Assembly: GCF_003367075.2 (NCBI RefSeq) | Contig: NZ_CP065936.1 | Span: 3,660,001-3,692,000 of the forward strand | DNA length: 32,000 nucleotides | Reading direction: 5' to 3' | Source of the DNA: Cylindrospermopsis raciborskii Cr2010 | GTDB taxonomy: Bacteria; Cyanobacteriota; Cyanobacteriia; Cyanobacteriales; Nostocaceae | Shown: piece by piece, positions 25,240-32,000 of the stretch | Numbering within the stretch: the first letter of the stretch is position 1 | Layout of the letters: each line of letters begins with the position of its first letter | Position numbers and translations under genes: made by a program | Notes under the pieces: generated by a model | What the model saw: the letters and a program-made list of their open reading frames with translations, nothing else | Told to the model about the DNA's origin: nothing | Database searches by the model: none

Positions 25240-25500
25240 CTAACCACCACTGACTGGGGGGATGAGCACGACTTCATCTCCATGGTTGAGGATGGTGTCC
25301 GGATCTACAAACATTAGGTTAATGCCAAATCTGGTAAGATCACGCCATTGACTCAGTTGGGGATGTTCCCAGATCATGCGATCGCAAATAGATTTAACGG
25401 GTGTATGTGGAGGAAATTCCCACTCCAGTTCTGTCACTCCGTAGGCTTCTTGGTAGGCGGCAAATAGCTTAATTTTGACCAGAACTAAATTTGAGGACAT
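25240..25500 (-). CDS. moaD: molybdopterin synthase sulfur carrier subunit MoaD
   Basis: 86 aa. KLFAAYQEAYG...GDEVVLIPPVSGG, typical MoaD length and C-terminal GG. Confidence 0.8.
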   Translation of the reverse strand: MSSNLVLVKIKLFAAYQEAYGVTELEWEFPPHTPVKSICDRMIWEHPQLSQWRDLTRFGINLMFVDPDTILNHGDEVVLIPPVSGG

Positions 25501-25518
25501 AGGTATATAAATATATAT

Positions 25519-26397
25519 TTAATCTCCACCAGCTTCTCCCCACTCACGAATAGCGGGAAAAACAGAAGAATAATCATCTTCTGGATAAGACATTTTCATA
25601 GCTGACTGCAAGATATATTTTACGCCCTCAATGCTGCTGAGATTCAAACCTAGGGATTTAGCCTCGCTAATAAACAGATCTATTTCTTTGATTAACTGTT
25701 TAGTAGGTAAATTAGCCTGAGTATAATTACCATGTAACATGCGACTCAGATTTTGATCGAAAGTGGGTGCATAGAGTTTACTCTCCCGCAGGACACGCAT
25801 AAATAATTCCGTGTCTATATTCTGTAACTGAACAAATGCTAAACTGAGAGCGAAACTAGTGGTCAGGGAAGCAATGAGCTGATTGAGTGCGAGGGTGAGG
25901 GAAGATGCGGATCCCACCTCCCCCACATAAACAGGATTAGGTCCAAAATGAGACAATAAATTAACGTGGCGTTCATATTGTTCCCTTTCACCACCCACCA
26001 TAACAATCAGCTGACCTGTTTCAGCTTCGGGAATGCTACCCAGCACGGGTGCTTCTATGTACTCACCACCTGCTGCAACTACAGCATTACGGATTTCTTG
26101 ACTTTCTATGGGAGCAATGGTGCCCATTTGGATTACACTGCGTCCTGATAAGGCGTGCCAAGAGGTATCCGTAAGCAGTAGATGATAAATAGCAGCGGCA
26201 TTAGAGAGCATAAGAATAATACAGTCAGCAGCACGAATGGCTTGACGGGGTTTGACGGCAATTTCTGCACCTGCTGCTTGAAGAGGTGTTAATTTTTCTG
26301 GGGTGCGATTATAAGCAATTAGTTCAATATTAGCTGCTAATAACCGTTGAGCCATTGGTAGTCCCATCAATCCGGTTCCCAGAAATGCCACCTTCAT
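25519..26397 (-). CDS. NAD(P)-dependent oxidoreductase (3-hydroxyisobutyrate/6-phosphogluconate dehydrogenase-like)
   Basis: ORF 25519-26466. Start placed at MKVAFLGTGLMGLPMA (ATG 26397), which puts the Rossmann GxGxxG at the N-terminus with AAGGAA upstream. 292 aa. Confidence 0.85.
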   Translation of the reverse strand: MKVAFLGTGLMGLPMAQRLLAANIELIAYNRTPEKLTPLQAAGAEIAVKPRQAIRAADCIILMLSNAAAIYHLLLTDTSWHALSGRSVIQMGTIAPIESQEIRNAVVAAGGEYIEAPVLGSIPEAETGQLIVMVGGEREQYERHVNLLSHFGPNPVYVGEVGSASSLTLALNQLIASLTTSFALSLAFVQLQNIDTELFMRVLRESKLYAPTFDQNLSRMLHGNYTQANLPTKQLIKEIDLFISEAKSLGLNLSSIEGVKYILQSAMKMSYPEDDYSSVFPAIREWGEAGGD

Positions 26398-26477
26398 GTT
26401 TTGTGTTCCTTTGCTAAATTCTAAGGCGTAGTTAATGTTTGTTGACTGTTGATTTTTAGATATCAAACTCCAAGAAA

Positions 26478-26573
26478 TTAGCCTCCAGCTGCAAAAGTTG
26501 CCATAATTACAACTGAAAGCAAAAGTCCGGGGGTAAGTAGGGTGACTAAAACAATCAAATCATGGGTACTCAT
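26478..26573 (-). CDS. candidate 31-aa hydrophobic peptide (unannotated by the ORF track)
   Basis: ATG 26573, TAA 26478. MSTHDLIVLVTLLTPGLLLSVVIMATFAAGG is a single TM-like helix. Two TATAAT boxes lie on the same strand at 26610-26605 and 26599-26594. No family recognised. Confidence 0.25.
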   Translation of the reverse strand: MSTHDLIVLVTLLTPGLLLSVVIMATFAAGG

Positions 26574-26649
26574 AGTTATTTACCAAGGTTTAGATTATAG
26601 GTAGATTATAGCTACAGCAATTAACACTGCTATGTTAACCATTAACCTG

Positions 26650-27840
26650 TCAAAAAACCACTGGTGTGATAAATCCCTGGAGGGGTAACTGACTTTGGGT
26701 GGTTGTGAGTCCTTTGCTCTGTACTAAAACCCCAAAATTGCCTAATCCTTCTGGGGAAATTAGTTGATGTAGAGCTTCCCGACGTTTTAGCAGTTGTGAT
26801 AGGGGGTGTTGTTGATAGGAGAGGGCGGATATTCTATCACCTAAACCCAAAGCCATCAAAAATAATCCTTGTTGTGTCCAACCCACGGGATTTAACCCAC
26901 ACCGTTTACCCCAGTTTTCTAAAGCTGTGAAATCTATATAGGTGGTAATGTCTTGTTCTCCCACTTTGATATAGGGGTTATGGTGGTAACGGTGTTGGTA
27001 GTAGCACTGTAATGTCCCTTGAGATCTTCGAGGATGATAATATCGAGTTGCAGGGTAGCCATAATCTATTGTTAGCACATAGCCGCGCTGTAAGCAGTTA
27101 GCCACTATACTTAACCAGTCTAAAGCAGCTAGGTTGATTTCACTGCGATAATTTTCTGGATAAGCATTTTGACTGATGTCAATTTCCACCAACTGTAGAT
27201 ATTCTGCTAATTTGGGTGTGGATGGTTCCCCTACTACCTCCATAAATTCTATGGGGTTGCTTGCTCTATAGGTCACATAAATTTCTTGTAATTTGCCTTT
27301 TTCTAAAATGAACTCATGAACGGGGAAAGCATCCACTAGTTCATTGGAAAAAAAACAACCTACCATCGAACCAGGTAGAATTTCTGGTAGATCTAACCAT
27401 TGGACGGAAAATCCCTCCAATCTTTGTTGTTGTTCCCATTTTAATTTGGGGGATTTTTCAATAATAATATATTCTATAATTTCCCAAAAGTCTGGATGGT
27501 GATTTTTTAAAAACTTGAGAATCTGGAATGCCAAAACACCTGTTCCTCCACCCATTTCTACTAGGTGAAAAGGTCTAGGTTGATCTAAATTCTCCCACAT
27601 TTGCAAAAACTGTTTGGCAAGTAATTCACCAAAATCATCACCTAAACTGGGGGAGGTGAAAAAATCACCACCTGCAAAACCAATTTGCCCTGAATGGCTA
27701 GAATAATACCCATATTCACTATGATATAAAACCAAATCCATATACTCTGCAAAAGTAATACGTCTCTGGTCGCTAGTGTCAATATAATCGGCAATAATTT
27801 GATATAAGGGGTTGGCTGCTGTTCGACAATTTCTGGACAT
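26650..27840 (-). CDS. SAM-dependent methyltransferase, MidA/NDUFAF7 (DUF185, COG1565) family
   Basis: ORF 26650-27960. Family-typical ITFAEYMDLVLYHSEYGYY, GDFFTSP and LVEMGGGTG SAM motif. Start at the second Met (27840) is preferred because homologues begin just before this region. The longer start at 27960 cannot be excluded. Confidence 0.8.
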   Translation of the reverse strand: MSRNCRTAANPLYQIIADYIDTSDQRRITFAEYMDLVLYHSEYGYYSSHSGQIGFAGGDFFTSPSLGDDFGELLAKQFLQMWENLDQPRPFHLVEMGGGTGVLAFQILKFLKNHHPDFWEIIEYIIIEKSPKLKWEQQQRLEGFSVQWLDLPEILPGSMVGCFFSNELVDAFPVHEFILEKGKLQEIYVTYRASNPIEFMEVVGEPSTPKLAEYLQLVEIDISQNAYPENYRSEINLAALDWLSIVANCLQRGYVLTIDYGYPATRYYHPRRSQGTLQCYYQHRYHHNPYIKVGEQDITTYIDFTALENWGKRCGLNPVGWTQQGLFLMALGLGDRISALSYQQHPLSQLLKRREALHQLISPEGLGNFGVLVQSKGLTTTQSQLPLQGFITPVVF

Positions 27841-28012
27841 AGCTAGACATTCCTTTCTGTCTGGGTACTTTTTCAGGCATAACTGTAACCGTTTTTGCGA
27901 TGAATAGGCTTGTTTAATTTGGTCGGTTTGACCATTCCTTAGCAATGTGTTCCTCGACAATCAAAAACAGGCTTGTCATGGCGTTAATTTCCCCATTTCC
28001 CCAATCCAAAAA

Positions 28013-29197
28013 CTATCTGTCAACCGAACCCATAATCACGTCAATACTACCGAGAATAACCACAATATCCGCTACCTTAACACCGCGTAATAAACCGGGC
28101 AGAATTTGCAGATTGTTGAAGTCAGCAGGACGAATTTTCCAACGCCAGGGGAAGACATTATTATCACCCACTAAATAAATGCCTAGTTCTCCCTTACCAC
28201 TTTCCACACGGGAGTAAATCTCCCCAGCAGGAATTTTAAAGGTAGGAGCAACTTTTTTGGCCACATATTGATAATCAAAGCTATCCCATTCGGATTTAGG
28301 TCCAGCCATCATGCGTTTCGCTTCTAAATTCTCATAAGGACCACCTGGCAATCCTTTTAGAGCTTGCTTGATGATTTTTACGGATTCGCGCATTTCTCGC
28401 ATTCTTACCATATATCGAGCAAGACAGTCACCTGCGGTTTCCCACTGTACTTCCCAGTCGAAATGGTCATAACACTCATAATGATCCACTTTCCGCAGAT
28501 CCCACTTCACTCCCGAACCCCTTAACATTGGACCTGAAAGACTCCAGTTAATGGCTTCTTCCCGGGTAATTGTCCCAATTCCCTCAATCCGACGACGGAA
28601 GATAGGATTGTTGGTAACTAACCTTTCGTATTCATCTACTTTAGGAAGGAAATAGTCACAAAATTCTTCACATTTATCTACCCAACCATAAGGTAAATCC
28701 ACTGCTACCCCACCAACCCGGAAATAGTTGTTGTTGACCATGCGATAACCTGTCGCTGCTTCCCATAGGTCATAAATCATTTCCCTTTCCCGGAATTGAT
28801 AAAAGAAGGGCGTTTGGGCACCTACGTCCGCCAAGAAAGGTCCAAACCATAATAGGTGGTTGGCAATACGATTTAACTCTAGCATAATTACACGAATGTA
28901 ACTAGCTCGTTTGGGAACTTTAATACCTGCTAGTTTTTCCGGTGCATTGACTGTTACCGCTTCGTTGAACATCCCCGCAGCATAGTCCCAACGACTAACA
29001 TAGGGAACATACATAATAGTTGAGCGGTTCTCGGCAATTTTCTCCATCCCCCGGTGTAAATAACCAATGACGGGTTCGCAGTCAACTACATCCTCTCCAT
29101 CTAGGGTGACTATTAATCTCAACACCCCGTGCATTGAGGGGTGATGAGGACCCATATTTAGCACCATCGGTTCCGTGCGGGTTTCTATTCTACTCAT
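28013..29197 (-). CDS. ndhH: NAD(P)H-quinone oxidoreductase (NDH-1) subunit H
   Basis: 394-aa ORF. NuoD/49-kDa family motifs [22 protein letters not shown], and C-terminus [14 protein letters not shown]. Confidence 0.95.
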   Translation of the reverse strand: MSRIETRTEPMVLNMGPHHPSMHGVLRLIVTLDGEDVVDCEPVIGYLHRGMEKIAENRSTIMYVPYVSRWDYAAGMFNEAVTVNAPEKLAGIKVPKRASYIRVIMLELNRIANHLLWFGPFLADVGAQTPFFYQFREREMIYDLWEAATGYRMVNNNYFRVGGVAVDLPYGWVDKCEEFCDYFLPKVDEYERLVTNNPIFRRRIEGIGTITREEAINWSLSGPMLRGSGVKWDLRKVDHYECYDHFDWEVQWETAGDCLARYMVRMREMRESVKIIKQALKGLPGGPYENLEAKRMMAGPKSEWDSFDYQYVAKKVAPTFKIPAGEIYSRVESGKGELGIYLVGDNNVFPWRWKIRPADFNNLQILPGLLRGVKVADIVVILGSIDVIMGSVDR

Positions 29198-29418
29198 GGA
29201 TTTTCTCCCATTTTTAACAGTTTGTATTGAACCGCTGCTAATCAGATGCTATTGACCGCATCTGCCCAATTTTAGTTTGTCAGGACAGCAGGATTGCAGT
29301 TGTACTTTTTGGACTTGATGTTTTTGCTTCTCTCATTTTGCCACTCTCGGAGGATTTTAGGCCTAGGTTTAAATCTATTAAATCTATTTAAATACCTAAA
29401 TTGGGAGTTGGGCCCAAT

Positions 29419-30186
29419 CTAAAAATCCTGGTTACGAACCTCTAAGGCATATTTTTCTACAGCCTTGGTAATCTCTTGCCGTAAATCTGTATAAACTTTG
29501 GCAAATGGTGGTTGTTTCTCAGAAAGCCCTAAAACATCTGAAGTAACTAATATCTGACCATTACATTCTTGCCCCGCTCCAATTCCAATAGTAGGAATAC
29601 TCAATTCTTTTGTGATTTTAACCGCTAATTGACTGGGGATATGCTCTAAAACCAGGGCAAACACACCCGCCTGTTCTAGGGCGATCGCCTGATGAAAAAT
29701 TAGGTCGGCGGTCTGGGGGGTTTTGCCTTGTTGTTTGAGACCCAATTGATGTATGGATTGTGGGGTTAAACCCAAATGACCTAGCACGGGAATACCTGCT
29801 TGTACTAATCTGGATATGATATCAATCATGGCGGGATAACCCCCTTCTAATTTTACTCCCTGGGCTCCTGTTTCTTTCAATACCCTCCCCGCTGACTGCA
29901 TGGCTTGGGCTATACTTTCTTGGTAGGTTAAAAAGGGTAGGTCTACTACTAACAAAGCTCGTTTAATTCCGCGCTTTACGGCTTTGGCATGATGGATAAT
30001 CTCTTCTAAGGTCACAGGCAAGGTGGTTTCATAACCCAGAATAACTGACAGAGAATCCCCCACCAGAATTAAATCCACCCCAGCAGCATCTAACAGTTGT
30101 GCGATCGCATAGTCCCAAGCGGTCAAAGCAACAATAGATCTTCCTTGTTGTTTCCACTGTTTTAATTGCTGGGTGTTAATTGGCAT
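29419..30186 (-). CDS. panB: 3-methyl-2-oxobutanoate hydroxymethyltransferase
   Basis: 255-aa ORF. LTAWDY, VGDSL, VKLEGG and GHLGLTPQS motifs typical of PanB. A weak hairpin ATTGGG-N7-CCCAAT directly follows the stop (29418-29400). Confidence 0.9.
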   Translation of the reverse strand: MPINTQQLKQWKQQGRSIVALTAWDYAIAQLLDAAGVDLILVGDSLSVILGYETTLPVTLEEIIHHAKAVKRGIKRALLVVDLPFLTYQESIAQAMQSAGRVLKETGAQGVKLEGGYPAMIDIISRLVQAGIPVLGHLGLTPQSIHQLGLKQQGKTPQTADLIFHQAIALEQAGVFALVLEHIPSQLAVKITKELSIPTIGIGAGQECNGQILVTSDVLGLSEKQPPFAKVYTDLRQEITKAVEKYALEVRNQDF

Positions 30187-30746
30187 AATTGTTTCAAAGT
30201 AGGTAGATGGTAAAAAAGAAAGAAAAGTTAAAAATTTCTTCTCATAAGAAATTTAAATCTATCAATTCCAAAGATTGAAAGAATAAGTGATCCAATTGTT
30301 GATATATTGTGGAACAGGTTACCAAAAGTGCTGGTTAGCCAACCCCAACTAGGAGGGTATTATACTCTAATATTCCACAACAGTTAGGTTATTGGTTAGG
30401 TTCTCGTGGTACCCGTGGCGCAACTTGAGGAAAATTCATCAAATTCCCCAAAGAGCAAAACTCCTCTTGTTGAGGATTGTCCAAAATTCCGTCCTGTGCA
30501 ATTTTTGTCCCCCGGTTCTCTTGATCCAACCAGTAGCAGCTGAAATTTCCACATTCTACGAGTTTAGGGGAGTAGTGGGAGACTAACGTAGTAAAGTCCC
30601 CAAACAGTGCCTTGTGGCCATAAAAACTGACTGTTATATAAGTTTTTCTTATACAGTTGATGAGAAAAGGATCAAAGGAGAGAGTGATAGGAAGTGGCAC
30701 ATAACGTGATTTGATATTAGAAAGAGTGACTTCTTGGAAGAAAAAT

Positions 30747-32000
30747 ATGTCTTACGCGCAAACGAAGACTCAGAGCAAATCTGGGTATCAAGCTGGGGTT
30801 AAAGATTACAGACTAACATACTACACGCCCGATTACACACCAAAGGATACAGACCTTTTGGCTGCATTCCGGATGACACCCCAACCTGGAGTTCCCCCCG
30901 AAGAAGCAGGTGCAGCAGTAGCAGCTGAATCTTCTACAGGTACTTGGACAACAGTTTGGACAGATCTATTGACTGACCTAGATCGTTACAAAGGACGTTG
31001 TTACGACATCGAACCAGTAGCAGGTGAAGACAATCAATATATCGCTTATGTAGCGTACCCCCTGGATCTATTTGAAGAAGGTTCCGTAACTAACATGTTT
31101 ACCTCTATTGTAGGTAACGTGTTTGGATTTAAGGCCCTACGCGCCCTGCGTTTAGAAGATTTACGTATTCCCGTAGCTTACCTCAAGACTTTCCAAGGAC
31201 CTCCCCACGGTATTCAGGTTGAGCGCGACAAGTTGAATAAATATGGTCGTCCTTTATTAGGTTGTACCATTAAACCCAAATTGGGTCTCTCCGCTAAAAA
31301 CTACGGACGTGCAGTATATGAGTGCTTGCGCGGTGGTCTGGATTTCACCAAAGATGATGAAAACATCAACTCCGCTCCTTTCCAAAGATGGCGCGATCGC
31401 TTCTTATTTGTAGCGGAAGCTATTAAGAAGTCTCAAGCAGAAACAGGTGAAATCAAAGGTCACTACCTAAACGTTACAGCTCCTACCTGTGAAGAGATGC
31501 TCAAGCGTGCCGAGTTCGCCAAAGAACTAGAGATGCCCATCATCATGCACGACTACTTGACTGCAGGATTCACAGCTAACACAACCCTAGCTCGTTGGTG
31601 TCGTGATAACGGATTGTTATTACACATTCACCGTGCTATGCACGCCGTAATTGACCGTCAAAAGAACCATGGGATTCACTTCCGGGTACTAGCTAAAGCC
31701 CTGCGTATGTCTGGTGGAGACCATATTCACACCGGTACCGTAGTAGGTAAATTAGAAGGCGATCGCGCGATCACCATGGGTTTCGTAGATTTATTACGTG
31801 AGAATTACGTAGAACAAGACAAATCTCGTGGTATTTACTTTACCCAAGACTGGGCTTCCATGCCTGGGGTAATGGCGGTAGCTTCCGGTGGTATTCACGT
31901 ATGGCACATGCCAGCTCTAGTAGAGATCTTCGGAGATGATTCCGTACTACAATTTGGTGGTGGTACATTAGGTCACCCTTGGGGTAATGCACCTGGAGCC
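30747..32000 (+). CDS. rbcL: RuBisCO large subunit, form IB (5-prime partial, 418 codons, runs off window)
   Basis: ATG at 30747. [36 protein letters not shown]..., [28 protein letters not shown]. Absent from the ORF track only because no stop codon lies in the window. Confidence 0.97.
   Translation, partial: MSYAQTKTQSKSGYQAGVKDYRLTYYTPDYTPKDTDLLAAFRMTPQPGVPPEEAGAAVAAESSTGTWTTVWTDLLTDLDRYKGRCYDIEPVAGEDNQYIAYVAYPLDLFEEGSVTNMFTSIVGNVFGFKALRALRLEDLRIPVAYLKTFQGPPHGIQVERDKLNKYGRPLLGCTIKPKLGLSAKNYGRAVYECLRGGLDFTKDDENINSAPFQRWRDRFLFVAEAIKKSQAETGEIKGHYLNVTAPTCEEMLKRAEFAKELEMPIIMHDYLTAGFTANTTLARWCRDNGLLLHIHRAMHAVIDRQKNHGIHFRVLAKALRMSGGDHIHTGTVVGKLEGDRAITMGFVDLLRENYVEQDKSRGIYFTQDWASMPGVMAVASGGIHVWHMPALVEIFGDDSVLQFGGGTLGHPWGNAPGA

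Noticed and set aside
21248-28178. Short ORFs nested in core genes (21248-21466, 22558-22800, 23520-23762, 23985-24167, 25966-26148, 27945-28178)
   Set aside because: Each is antisense to, or out of frame within, a gene with clear family motifs (pepP, PfkB kinase, CysO-like, thrC, oxidoreductase, ndhH).
30389-30700. 103-aa minus-strand ORF (GTG start) and 64-aa plus-strand ORF directly upstream of rbcL
   Set aside because: The start is only 46 nt from the rbcL ATG, in a region expected to be the rbcL promoter and long 5-prime UTR. The start is GTG with no RBS, the composition is Cys-rich and irregular, and no family is recognised. Probably non-coding, but I could not identify specific regulator sites either.

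Overview
Low-GC chromosome segment from a filamentous, Nostocales-like cyanobacterium, judged from rbcL, ndhH and HIP1 octamers. The right third (21-32 kb) is ordinary core genome: pepP, a PfkB/adenosine-type kinase, a CysO-like sulfur carrier, a thrC-type PLP enzyme, moaD, a beta-hydroxyacid-dehydrogenase-like oxidoreductase, a MidA/NDUFAF7-family methyltransferase directly downstream of ndhH, panB, and the first 418 codons of rbcL. The left edge holds a membrane coiled-coil protein, a Hanks Ser/Thr kinase with an SH3b domain, and a conserved hypothetical. The centre (3.3-20.4 kb) is an accessory region built almost entirely of repeats. (i) Four head-to-tail copies, one internally deleted, of a ~520-aa AAA-ATPase-like + PD-(D/E)XK gene. 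(ii) A short decay zone with an IS transposase fragment. (iii) Five head-to-tail copies of a second, unrelated-in-sequence ~519-aa P-loop NTPase + PD-(D/E)XK-like gene. (iv) A 5.8-unit tandem array of a 154-bp hairpin-rich element. A related copy of that element, in the opposite orientation, also sits in the spacers of array (i). In both gene arrays the copies are near-identical except for discrete blocks that exist in two or three divergent versions and are recombined differently in every copy, while the catalytic motifs are invariant. I consider this combinatorially mosaic, tandemly amplified NTPase-nuclease locus the most interesting thing in the window. Its function (defence-like sensor diversification is my guess) is inference only, and the array structure needs long-read confirmation. 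No tRNA, rRNA or CRISPR was found.
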